Below are positions 37,905 to 48,563 of a stretch of DNA of 64,000 bases, piece by piece. The notes under the pieces were generated by a model. It was not told the DNA's origin. It worked only from the letters and a program-made list of their open reading frames with translations, and did not search any database. Each line of letters starts with the position of its first letter. Position 1 is the stretch's first letter. The DNA comes from Chloropicon primus (lineage: Eukaryota): assembly GCA_023205875.1 (NCBI GenBank), contig CP060769.1:1-64000 (forward strand), in the 5' to 3' direction. The position numbers and the translations under genes were made by a program.

Positions 37905-40900
37905 ATGACGCAACACAGAGAGAAGGATGAGAACATTAAGGTTCTGGTCAGGATAAGGCCACCGAGTGAGGCCGAGAAGGCCAGCGGTGGGTACAGAAAG
38001 GCCGTCTTCGCGACGGAGGACGGAAGAGGGGCTTTTCTCGCGAGTCCTGGGAGCCAGGACAACAACAAGGCGGTGTTCTCGTACGACAACGTCGTGGATG
38101 AGGAAACGAGTCAGGAGAAAGTTTTCGAGCTCGTGGGAAGGCCAATCGCGGACGCCTTCCTCAAGGGGTACCACAGCAACCTCTTGGCCTATGGACAGAC
38201 TGGAGCCGGAAAGACGTACACGATGCAAGGGGCAACGGAAGATCCCCACGCAGCAGACTCGAAGGCCCAGGTGGGGCTCCTGCCTCGTTCTTTGGAGTAC
38301 GTCTTCTCCTCCTTGGAGCAGAAGAAGCAGGAACACGAGGAGAAGAGCTTGAACTACACGTACGGCGCCCAAGTGTCTCACTTGGAAATCTACAACGAGG
38401 TCATCTTCGACCTCTTGGACCAGAACGGTGGGGGCAAGACCATCACCGTGAGAGAGGACGGCAAGAGAGGCGTCAAGGTAGACGGATGCTCGGTGGAGGA
38501 CGTGTACGACGCTGCGGAGGCCTTCAACCTCTTCAAGAGCGGCTGCGAAAGCAGGCACGTGGGTCAGACGGCAGCCAACAGAGAGTCGAGTCGCTCCCAC
38601 TCTGTCTTCATCCTTACTGTCACTCAGAAGTTCACCGACGCCGAGACCGGCCTGGAGAAGAGGCTCAAGGCGAGCTTCTACCTGGTGGACCTCGCAGGAT
38701 CGGAGAGGCAGAAACACAGTGAGGCCGTGGGGCAAACCTTGAAGGAAGCTTGCGGCATCAACAAGAGTTTGTCTACCTTGGGCAACGTCATCAAGTCCCT
38801 GGTGGACATCGCAGACGGGAAGGAGAGGCACATCCCGTACAGAGACTCCAAGCTGACGTTCCTTCTGAAGAACTCCTTCGGAGGCATGTCCAAGTGCAGT
38901 TTTGTTGCCAACGTTTCCCCGTCCATAGCTGCGTTGGAGGAGACGTTGAGCACGCTCAAGTTCGCACAGAGAGCGAAGACGGTCAAGAACACGAGCTCTG
39001 TGTGCGAGGAGACCATAGGCAGCGTTGTGGCGCTGCAAGCGGAGTTGAAGAAGGTCAAGGCCGAGCTGCTTAGCCTCCAGAGTGACCAGGGCATGTCGCA
39101 AATGTCCTTGGGGTCGGTGGTGCAGAACCTGGACGAGGAATCAAGCAAGCACCTCGAGAAGGTGAGGCAGCTTCTCACTTACGAGAGGGAGAGCCACGCC
39201 AGCGAGAAGGAAAAGCTTTTCGAGCAGGTGGAGTCCCTGCAGGGACTGGCGAAGAAGCTTGAGACGTCGCTGAAGAGCACCAAGCTTGTGGTCAGGCTGA
39301 GGGAGCAGAATCTGGAAAGGCTTCAGAGTAAGCTCCCCCCGGCCCCGGAGGCGTTCTGGGGGGAGCAGGGAGGCGCTGCCATCAAGGAGAACGAACAGCT
39401 CAAGGTGCAGCTGGAATGCCATCCTGAAGTTGTGAAGTGCAGGATGGAGATCGAATCCCTTCAGAAGGAGAACACAAAGTTGAAGAAGAAGCTTGAGACC
39501 GATGTGGAGTCGCAAATCTTTGTTTTCGAGGAGAATGCAAAGACGGCCATGGAGGAGCTCCACTTCCTTCTCCGAGACAGGGAAAACCTGCAAACCAGCC
39601 ACCAGGACCTCAACAAGCAGTTCAACCAGCTCAAGGAGGAGAACTTCATTGATTTGCAGAATGCACACGAAAAGCTGGAGAGTGTTTACAACACAAATGT
39701 TAGCTTGCAGGAAGCCAATGACCTGATGGAATTGGAGTGCACGGAACTGAAAGCGAAGATCACATCCCTCGAGAGCACTGTGAAGAGTGCCTCGATCGTC
39801 ATCGAGAAAACTCAAAGTGCATTTGAGCAAGTTCAAGCAGATCTTTTGGCACACACAGAGATGTACGACCAGCTCAATGATCAGGTGCAGACCATCACCA
39901 ATGCGTATGAACTTCTCCAAGAACAGAAGGAGACTGTGGAGGCAAGCTTCGAGAGCTTCAAGTCCGAGGTGGATGCCCAGAAGCAGGCTCACGCTGTGGA
40001 GTGCGGCCAGCTCAACGATCAGATCAAGACCATCCAGGAGCAGAAGGAGACTGTGGAGGCAAGCTTCGAGAGCTTCAAGTCCGAGGTGGATGCCCAGAAG
40101 CAGGCTCACGCTGTGGAGTGCGGCCAGCTCAACGATCAGATCAAGACCATCCAGGAGCAGAAGGAGACTGTGGAGGCAAGCTTCGAGAGCTTCAAGTCCG
40201 AGGTGGATGCCCAGAAGCAGGCTCACGCTGTGGAGTGCGGCCAGCTCAACGATCAGATCAAGACCATCCAGGAGCAGAAGGAGGCTGTGGAGGCAAGCTT
40301 CGAGAGCTTCAAGTCCGAGGTGGATGCCCAGAAGCAGGCTCACGCTGTGGAGTGCGGCCAGCTCAATGATCAGATCAAGACCATCCAGGAGCAGAAGGAG
40401 ACTGTGGAGGCAAGCTTCGAGAGCTTCAAGTCCGAGGTGGATGCCCAGAAGCAGGCTCACGCTGTGGAGTGCGGCCAGCTCAATGATCAGATCAAGACCA
40501 TCCAGGAGCAGAAGGAGACTGTGGAGGCAAGCTTCGAGAGCTTCAAGTCCGAGGTGGATGCCCAGAAGCAGGCTCACGCTGTGGAGTGCGGCCAGCTCAA
40601 CGATCAGATCAAGACCATCCAGGAGCAGAAGGAGACTGTGGAGGCAAGCTTCGAGAGCTTCAAGTCCGAGGTGGATGCCCAGAAGCAGGCTCACGCTGTG
40701 GAGTGCGGCCAGCTCAACGATCAGATCAAGACCATCCAGGAGCAGAAGGAGACTGTGGAGACAAGCTTCGAGAGCTTCAAGTCCGAGGTGGATGCCCAGA
40801 AGCAGGCTCACGCTGTGGAGTGCGGCCAGCTCAACGATCAGATCAAGACCATCCAGGAGCAGAAGGAGGCTGTGGAGGCAAGCTTCGAGAGCTTCAAGTC

Positions 40901-42443
40901 CGAGGTGGATGCCCAGAAGCAGGCTCACGCTGTGGAGTGCGGCCAGCTCAACGATCAGATCAAGACCATCCAGGAGCAGAAGGAGACTGTGGAGGCAAGC
41001 TTCGAGAGCTTCAAGTCCGAGATGGATGCCCAGAAGCAAGCTCACACCGCTCAGCTTCTTGCAGAGAAAGAGGCTTTTGAGAACGAGATGACAATGTTGA
41101 AGGAGAGTCACGAGGCCGAAATGGACGCAGCGACAGAGAAGATCAGTGAACTTCAGGCTCTGGTGGAAGACCTTGAGATGAAGGCTGCTAGCATTGAAAG
41201 CGAGGAAAATGCTTACCTTGGCAAACTGGAAGTTTTGGAGAACCAGCTCATCGAGAAACAAGAGTTGCTGACAGGAGCAGAGGAGAGCAAGAAGGAGACT
41301 GAATCTGACAGGGACCAGCTGGCTCAGGCTGTGACGGAATTGGAGAGAACCTGCGAGGAATTGCAGAATGAAGTCTCGACCATTCGTGCAGCAAACTCAG
41401 AGTTCATGGAAGATCTCAAATCCAAGTTGTCTGCCACCACGACCAAGTACGAGGAAGCGGTGCATGAGAATGACAGAGCCAACGCCGTGGCTGACTCTTT
41501 GACCAGCGAGCTTGCCGAGGTCAAGCAGGGTCGGGTTGAACTTGAGAAATCTCTTAAGGCCAAGATCACTGACCTTGAGCATGGGTTGGAGAGAGCCAGC
41601 GCAGAGAAGTCAGAAGCCGAGAAGGCCCTTGAAGAAGCAAAGGAGGAATTGTCCGCCAATGACAACAATGCTTCTGTCGCAGAGGCCCAAAAGGCGAAGA
41701 TCCGCAACCTTGAGAACGCTCTCAAGAAAGCCCAGGAGGCCGAGGCCGAGCTCAAGATGAAGAGCAGAGAGAGTCTGAGCTCGTGCAACACCGCCTTGGA
41801 GGAAGTTGAGAAGTTGAACAGCGAGAGCCAGGCCATGAAGGCAGCGGAGGAGGATCTCCGCGCACAGATCGCGTCGACCAACGATGAGCTGGGACGGTTC
41901 AAGCAACTTTACACGGAGAGCCAGGGCGAGCGCAAGGCTCTCGAAAAGGAGAAGGAGTCTCTCCTGTCCCAGATCGACTCGGAGGCTGAGAAGCGCCAGG
42001 CCGCCATCATGACCAAGGTGCAGTCCGAGTCCAAACTCTCGCAAGTTCGCGAGGAGGTCTTGGAGCTCCGGAACGACCTCGAAAGCCAGCTCAAATCCGA
42101 GAAGATGGTATCGGATCAGCTTAGGAAGAAGGTCAGGCAACTCGAGCTTGACGCGGCGAGGTCTCAGTCCCCCTCCACGCCGCCAAACGACGAGAACGTG
42201 CTGAGATCTTCCTCCTTCAAGATGGGCAGCGCCCACCGCAAGCCCTTTGGAGAGATCTCCAACAAGATCAAGTCCATCGAGTTGACTCCGACGAGGCAGG
42301 AGGGCAAGAGCAAGGCCGCTGACAAGAGCAAGCAGCTCAACCAAGTGAAGGCCCACCTTTCCGCCATCGAGAATGCCATCACGAGCAGAAACAGCAGCAG
42401 GTACGCCCTGAGGACACGCAACCGGGTGACGTACAAGGAGTAA
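37905..42443 (+). CDS. Kinesin, probably kinesin-12/KIF15-like, with a long coiled-coil stalk
   Basis: AYGQTGAGKT, SSRSH, VDLAGSERQK, INKSL, HIPYRDSKLTFLL, TLKFAQRAK. Confidence 0.9.
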   Translation: MTQHREKDENIKVLVRIRPPSEAEKASGGYRKAVFATEDGRGAFLASPGSQDNNKAVFSYDNVVDEETSQEKVFELVGRPIADAFLKGYHSNLLAYGQTGAGKTYTMQGATEDPHAADSKAQVGLLPRSLEYVFSSLEQKKQEHEEKSLNYTYGAQVSHLEIYNEVIFDLLDQNGGGKTITVREDGKRGVKVDGCSVEDVYDAAEAFNLFKSGCESRHVGQTAANRESSRSHSVFILTVTQKFTDAETGLEKRLKASFYLVDLAGSERQKHSEAVGQTLKEACGINKSLSTLGNVIKSLVDIADGKERHIPYRDSKLTFLLKNSFGGMSKCSFVANVSPSIAALEETLSTLKFAQRAKTVKNTSSVCEETIGSVVALQAELKKVKAELLSLQSDQGMSQMSLGSVVQNLDEESSKHLEKVRQLLTYERESHASEKEKLFEQVESLQGLAKKLETSLKSTKLVVRLREQNLERLQSKLPPAPEAFWGEQGGAAIKENEQLKVQLECHPEVVKCRMEIESLQKENTKLKKKLETDVESQIFVFEENAKTAMEELHFLLRDRENLQTSHQDLNKQFNQLKEENFIDLQNAHEKLESVYNTNVSLQEANDLMELECTELKAKITSLESTVKSASIVIEKTQSAFEQVQADLLAHTEMYDQLNDQVQTITNAYELLQEQKETVEASFESFKSEVDAQKQAHAVECGQLNDQIKTIQEQKETVEASFESFKSEVDAQKQAHAVECGQLNDQIKTIQEQKETVEASFESFKSEVDAQKQAHAVECGQLNDQIKTIQEQKEAVEASFESFKSEVDAQKQAHAVECGQLNDQIKTIQEQKETVEASFESFKSEVDAQKQAHAVECGQLNDQIKTIQEQKETVEASFESFKSEVDAQKQAHAVECGQLNDQIKTIQEQKETVEASFESFKSEVDAQKQAHAVECGQLNDQIKTIQEQKETVETSFESFKSEVDAQKQAHAVECGQLNDQIKTIQEQKEAVEASFESFKSEVDAQKQAHAVECGQLNDQIKTIQEQKETVEASFESFKSEMDAQKQAHTAQLLAEKEAFENEMTMLKESHEAEMDAATEKISELQALVEDLEMKAASIESEENAYLGKLEVLENQLIEKQELLTGAEESKKETESDRDQLAQAVTELERTCEELQNEVSTIRAANSEFMEDLKSKLSATTTKYEEAVHENDRANAVADSLTSELAEVKQGRVELEKSLKAKITDLEHGLERASAEKSEAEKALEEAKEELSANDNNASVAEAQKAKIRNLENALKKAQEAEAELKMKSRESLSSCNTALEEVEKLNSESQAMKAAEEDLRAQIASTNDELGRFKQLYTESQGERKALEKEKESLLSQIDSEAEKRQAAIMTKVQSESKLSQVREEVLELRNDLESQLKSEKMVSDQLRKKVRQLELDAARSQSPSTPPNDENVLRSSSFKMGSAHRKPFGEISNKIKSIELTPTRQEGKSKAADKSKQLNQVKAHLSAIENAITSRNSSRYALRTRNRVTYKE
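39924..41047 (+). repeat. In-frame 117-bp (39-aa) tandem array, 9 full + 1 partial copy
   Basis: Units start at 39924, 40041, 40158, 40275, 40392, 40509, 40626, 40743, 40860, 40977 and are near-identical. Confidence 0.97.
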
Positions 42444-42775
42444 GTCCCGCGCCCGGAGCGAGGAAACCCAACCCAAGAGGAGGATGTACCATCATAACCA
42501 ATCGTTGTTCTATAGAAGTTCTATTCGCTAATAAGTCATCCCCAACAAGTCAAGTCCCTTTGCCTCATGATGATCGGCCACAAGCCGTTGAGTGAGGCAT
42601 ATGAATCGGAAACGCCGTGATCCCTAGTTTCGCGTGACGTGCGATGCCAACCCCCACTCCACTTGACCCCGTCCTCGGCGTCCAGTCCATGGAAGCTTCC
42701 CCTCCTCCTCCTGTCCTTGGGATCCCTGCCCTCTGCACTCTGATGCGCCACGCGTCATTCCTCGAGAGCGTCGCC

Positions 42776-43366
42776 ATGGAGGAGCAAGCGGAAGCGGAAG
42801 CGGAAGTGGAAGTGGAAGTGGAAGTGGAGGGCGAGGGAGGGTACGCCTTGGACCTCTCTCCGGAGAATTGGGATGACACGGCGTTACTCCGAGCATACGA
42901 CAGAGCCCTGAGGCAGGTCACTGGCAAGGGCAAGGCCAAGACCGAGGCCAAGGTCAACCACGAGCACGACAAGCACGAGACCTTGAGCCACGACCAGGAC
43001 CAGTACGACGCGAGGAAGGCGGAGGCGGGAGAGGCGGAGGCGGAGGCGGAGGCGGAGGGGTCGTTGGGAACGGAGGCGCGCGAGGGCGGAGAGGAGGGGA
43101 GATACTTGAACGAGGAGTGGGCGCAGTATTATCAAAATTATCAACACTATGGGGGGCAAGAGTACGCGGGGGGGGGGCAGGGGGAAGGCAGTGGCGCCGA
43201 CCCTCCCGCGCGGACGGGGGATGGCGGCCAGGGAGACGTCTGGTCCAAAGCGAGAGAGCTCGCGATGCTGAGCTTGAGCGAAGAACAGGCAAGGCAGGGC
43301 CTGGCGGACCTCATGGCCTCGTGGTACTGCGCCGGGTACCAAGCGGGGAGGCAGCGCCGCGGCTGA
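42776..43366 (+). CDS. SMN-like protein (Gemin2-binding motif + YG box, no Tudor domain)
   Basis: WDDTALLRAYDRAL near the N-terminus; LMASWYCAGYQAG at the C-terminus. Confidence 0.8.
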   Translation: MEEQAEAEAEVEVEVEVEGEGGYALDLSPENWDDTALLRAYDRALRQVTGKGKAKTEAKVNHEHDKHETLSHDQDQYDARKAEAGEAEAEAEAEGSLGTEAREGGEEGRYLNEEWAQYYQNYQHYGGQEYAGGGQGEGSGADPPARTGDGGQGDVWSKARELAMLSLSEEQARQGLADLMASWYCAGYQAGRQRRG

Positions 43367-43538
43367 CCTGGTGTTCGAGTGTCTCTAGGCGGACTTTTGC
43401 TATTGTATTGTATTGGGATATATTACAAAAACGCTTGAGCCTTCCAGAGGCTGAGTTGCTTCAACACTCCTACGTGTAGCCCCCTGGACCACGCAAAGCC
43501 CTCATTCTCCCTTCCTCGACTATGACTATTCCTCCTCT

Positions 43539-44404
43539 TTATTTCTCTTCTTCGCCTTCACCGTCTTCGGTTGGCCTTGTCTGCGCAAAGTAGTTGCTGC
43601 TTTGCTGCGGCGTGTGGAGCGCGTCCTCGTCATCCCCCTCTTCAGCAATACCTTCGGGCACCACTCTTGGAGTGTTGAGCTCGTCCTCCATTCCCAACCA
43701 CTTCTCCAAAGCGAAGAGGAACTCTCGGAACGAGACCTGGCCATTCTTATCCCAATCGAGTTCCTCAAACCGCCTGGCTGAGAATCCAACTAAACCCTTA
43801 TTCACCTTGGCCGACGGCGTGGCACCCTCGCTAAACCCCTCCATAACCTCCTCCTTGTCCAGGTAGCCTGAGTTGTTCTTATCAAAATACAAAAAGGCGT
43901 CGATGACCGTGTCATAGATGTCAGCAAACGCGTCTATCGTGCTGCCCTTGTTGTTCTCCTCCAACAGATACACCAACGCGCACACCACAACGAACTCCTG
44001 GAAATCAATCTCCTTGTCGTGGTTGAAGTCCGACATGTCAAAAAGCTTGCTCCTCGTGTCCTTGGAAAGCTTCACGCAGATCGTCTCGTCGCAGCAAGCC
44101 AAGAACTCGTCGGGTGAGATGGTACCAGAGTTTGACTTGTCTGCATTCTCAAAGTAAACCTTCAGCTTTTCAATCTTTTCTATCATTTGAGGGAACTTGA
44201 GCAGCAGTGTGTTGATGTGCTTGATCTTCTGCTTGTGCCGCGCACCCTTGAGCTACACAGAACGCAGAACCAAGAGCAGAGTCAGTGCCTGGTGCCAAAA
44301 AGGGAGCCACACGAAAAACTGGGGCAAAGGGAATGCTGGGCATGCTCAGCACTTACTCTCACGGCTTTAATGAGGGCGACCTCGATGTTGTCTGTCGCCT
44401 CCAT
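43539..44404 (-). CDS. EF-hand calcium-binding protein, CML21/22-like; exons 44404-44357, 44252-43539
   Basis: INTLLLKFP, then four EF loops: DKSNSGTISPDE, DFNHDKEIDFQE, DKNNSGYLDKEE, DWDKNGQVSFRE. Confidence 0.85.
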
Positions 44405-45451
44405 GCTATTCTTGCACAATGTACCGCCCATCTTGCTCTCTATACTTCGTCCCTCGGTCTCTGTCGTATCGTTCTACCACCCAAGAAGCCCCACTCGGAC
44501 TCCACAACAAGCTTTGCTCGTTCCCAAAGCTTTGCCCTTGTTCTTTTAGCGAGCGAGTCCCTCCTTCAACCTCGAATACAACACAACCCAAACCCGAACA
44601 AGACGTCGTAAAGGTCTTGTGCTTCGACAACCTTTGTCCTTCCCCAGCTCTCCGCGTTACTTTCTTGGTGCGTTCATCCTCTTGGACGCTCTGTCCTTCC
44701 TGCGCTACAACAAGCCAAGCCGAGAGAGTGTTCTAGGAAAACCAAGGACGAGGACTCCTCTCTGACTCGAGGATGGAAGGAGAGGCCAGGACCGGATTAC
44801 CACACAGAGACACAAGACCCAAGGAAAGGGAAAGCTTCTTCAGGCTGGGAAGGAAAAGGAGCTCTTCTTCTTCTTCGCTCTTTGTTTCTTGTTGTCCAAC
44901 AGACTCCTCCTCCTCCTGAGGTTTTCCTTGGAAGCATATAGCCTAATCGTTTCACACCAACGACAAGAGAGAAAGAGAGAAAGAGAGAAAGAGAGAAAAG
45001 AGGAAAGGAGTTTGTTTGGGGATGTAGGAGATGTTTCACCTTCCTTCCTCCCTCGGCAAGGCTTGGCTTGGCTTGGGCTTCCTCCCTCCCTCGTCAGGAC
45101 AATTCACTTCACAGGGTGAAGCAGCAGCAGCAAGTGTCTCGCGTCTCTCTGTCGTCGTCAAAGGGGGAAGAGAATCCCAGAAGCATCCCAGGGCTGATCT
45201 TGGCGACAACCCCCGAGGTGAGTTCGCGATGGATGGATGCCACCCTCTTCGCCGAGAAGGGGCATCCATCCATCCATCCATCCATCCATCTATCCCTCAT
45301 GTCTTTCTCTTTCGTTCCAAACCCAACCATCTTCTCCAAGCGCCCTGGTGTGTGAAGGAAGGAAGATACTTTGAGAGATGCTGATACGCGTCGTCGTCAT
45401 GGTTTCACGTTTTGTTCTCCGCGAAGAGAAGACCGAAAACAAGTCATTGAG

Positions 45452-46735
45452 ATGTCAAAGATGCCATCTTTGAAGTGGAAGCACGCGACCTTGCTCGTCC
45501 TTGTTGTGTTCCTTGGTGGGACCCTGACCGCCACACAGGCGGTGAGGACAGCGAGGACAAGGCATGCAACGAGCTTGGAGGACTTGGATAACGAGCCCAT
45601 GGATTTGTTCCGAATGTTTGTGGAGAGGCACGGCAAGGTGTACAAGGACGAGAGCGAGAGGCAGCAAAGATACGACAACTTCGTGGAGAACTTGGAGCTG
45701 GCCAAGGCCTTCAACGCCAGGACGGAGGGCGGTTCGACCACCTACGGCATCACCAAGTTCTCCGATTGGTCCGAGAAGGAGTTCTCCGAGAAGGTTCTGA
45801 TGAGGAAGCAGGCCGGAGCGAGGCCTCCAAGGCAGGGCTACCTCCCAGTGAAGGGGGACTTGAAGGATGCCCCGGCGTCCTGGGACTGGCGCGACCACGG
45901 CGCCGTGACTCCGGTGAAGAACCAAGGAACGGTTGGCACGTAAGTCGAAACGAGCAGCGGAACCCTGCACCGATTCGCCTGCGAGCCCGTGGGCGTGAAT
46001 GACTGACACCTCGAGACCTCCCTCCCCCTCCCCCTCTCCTCCCAAAGGTGCTGGGCTTTCTCTGCGGTCGGCAACATCGAGGGGCAGTACGCTCTCGTGG
46101 ACGGCAACCTGGAGAGCCTGAGTGTGGAGCAGGTCACCGATTGCGATGGAGGCTCTTTCCCTAACAACAGAACGGGCGACTGCCAGGTCTTCGGGGGCTG
46201 GCCATTCCTCGCCTACGAGTACGTCATCAGAGTGGGAGGCCTTGAGCTCGATAGTGACTATCCGTACTGCATGTTGAACGAGACCTGTTGGCCTTGCGCG
46301 CCCCCTGGTTGGAATTCTACCATCTGTGGCCCACCCCAGCCTTACTGCAAGAAGGAAGATAGCTGCCACTTTGACCCAAGCCTTGCCGCCGCGAAGATAT
46401 CCTCGTGGGTGTCTTTGAGCTCGAACGAGGAGGAGCTCAAGGCGCAGCTGCACCAGCACGGTCCAGTAAGCATTGCAATCGACGCAACCTCTCTCTACAT
46501 CTATTGGGGCGGCATCGTCGAGGGGCACTTGTGCTCCAGCGACCCAGCCGACGTTGACCACGCCGTCCTCCTCGTCGGCTACGGTACCGCGAAGACCAGG
46601 TGGGGGCATGAAGAAGATTACTGGCTCGTTAAGAACTCATGGGGAAGTGATTGGGGTGAAAACGGTTATTTCAGAATGAGGAGGGGATCCAACACCTGCG
46701 GTGTCGCTAACTACGCCACCACGAGCATCATCTAA
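45452..46735 (+). CDS. Papain-family (C1A) cysteine protease 1 with signal peptide and I29 prodomain; exons 45452-45939, 46048-46735
   Basis: WDWRDHGAVTPVKNQGTVGT|CWAFS, DHAVLLVGYG, YWLVKNSWG. Confidence 0.93.
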
Positions 46736-47126
46736 ACCAGCCTCCCTTGTCATCCAAAACTTGATCATTCTTTCACCTGTCAGTCCAGCAGGACACAAAA
46801 GCCTTGACGTTTTTGAAGAGATATTGTTGTGACATGGATTACAATTCGTGCTGGGCATCTTAGCTTCCTACTTGGACTCAGGAAGTCCGCTATTGGCTTC
46901 GATGACAACGACAACGACATGAGGAGTGTGCACAGGACGAGGACAGCGACAGCTGCGGCCGCGGCCTTGCTCCCCTCCCCTTCCCCCATCTTGGTGGTTG
47001 CCTCGATGTTCGAGGAGGCGCGAGGGATGGGATCCCAAGGACAAGATTAGGAGTAGAGTCCGCGGAGCCCAAGGCGAGACGTGAGAGGTGTGTCCAAAAG
47101 GCAAAGGAGAGGGAAAGAGGAGCGCG

Positions 47127-48469
47127 ATGACGATGAGAGGGACCTCAGTGCTCACGATCTTGGCCATCTTGGCTGCAGCTACGAACGTCTTGGCGTCTGA
47201 GGGAATGGAGCAACGCCTCAAGGTGGAGCAGGCGGAGAGGGAGCTCCAAGACACGGACCCGGTGGTGCTGTTCAACGCGTTCGTGGACAGGCACGGCAAG
47301 GTGTACGAGAGCGAGGCCGAGAAGGCCAGGCGCTACGGTATCTTCAGGGAGAACCTGGACAAGGTGAAGGCCCTGAACGAGAGAAGGGAAGGGGACAACG
47401 ACGCAGTCTTTGGGGTCTCTGGGCCTTTCTCGGACATGACGGCGGGGGAGTTCAAGTCCAAGGTCCTGATGAAGAATTTGTTCGAGGGGGAGAAGCCAAA
47501 GCCGACGCACGAGTTGGAGGTCTCAGCCGATGTCGAGGACGTGCCAGCGGAGTTCGACTGGACGTCGCACGGAGCGGTTACGAGGGTGAAGCAGCAGGGC
47601 GCCGTGGGAACGTGCTGGGCGTTCTCCGCGGTTGGAAACATTGAGGGGCAGCTCGCCCTTTCTGGAGGGAAGCTGGAGGATCTTGCTGTTGAGCAGGTTG
47701 TCGACTGCGACGGCACGATGTTCCCAAAGAACGACACCGGTAAGTATCGTCCAAGAGAGGGGAGAGGGAAGCGAGTAGGTGGAGGGGTATTGTTTTGAAT
47801 TGTCATGCCACGGGCTTTCGAACGGCGCCCCGCTCGAGCGATTTGGACCGCTGTCGAGGATGGCAGAAGACTGACTGAGACGCCCATTGCTTCGTGTTTT
47901 CAGGTGACTGTGGTTTGCACGGGGGCTACCCGGCGTACGCCTACGATTACGTCCTCCGGCAGGGAGGCATAGAGACCGACAAGGATTATCCGTACTGCAT
48001 CGGTGACTTATCCTGCCTCCCATGCCCGCCCTCGGGGTCCAACGCCACCATCTGCGGCCACGGCGATTGCAACAAGAAGGACAACTGTCACTTCGACGAC
48101 TCCAAGGTGGCCACGAAGCTCGCCGGTTGGGCTGAGCTCGCCCCGGGGAAGAATGAGACGATCATGACGGCCCAGCTCTATCAGCAGGGCCCCATCAGCA
48201 TTGCTATTGATGCCAGGACTCTCCAGTTCTACATGTTTGGCATCGTCAGTCCCTTGTTCTGCAGCTCTAACCCCAACGAAGCCGATCACGCCGTCTTGGT
48301 CACAGGATACGGCACCCAGAAAGACGTCCTGGGGCAGGAGACTCCGTTCTGGGATGTTAAGAACTCTTGGGGCGTTCTGTTCGGCTTCGACGGCTACTTC
48401 AAACTCAGAAGGTTTAGCAACACCTGCGGAGTCGCTAACTTTGCCACGACTGCTCTCATCAACCACTAG
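47127..48469 (+). CDS. Papain-family (C1A) cysteine protease 2, tandem paralogue; exons 47127-47739, 47904-48469
   Basis: QQGAVGTCWAFS, DHAVLVTGYG, WDVKNSWG. Confidence 0.93.
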
Positions 48470-48563
48470 AAGAAATGCAAGAAGAACAATTAATTTAATG
48501 ACAAAAGCCACGACGGCTTTCCTTTGGTTTCAACTCCACTCCGTCTCGGGCAGGCCTTACTCT

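Noticed and set aside
39924..41047. CRISPR-like regular repeat
   Set aside because: Contiguous in-frame coding units with no unique spacers; eukaryotic context
39141..41261. Alternative-frame and antisense repeat ORFs over the kinesin array
   Set aside because: A stop-free 117-bp unit propagates open frames automatically
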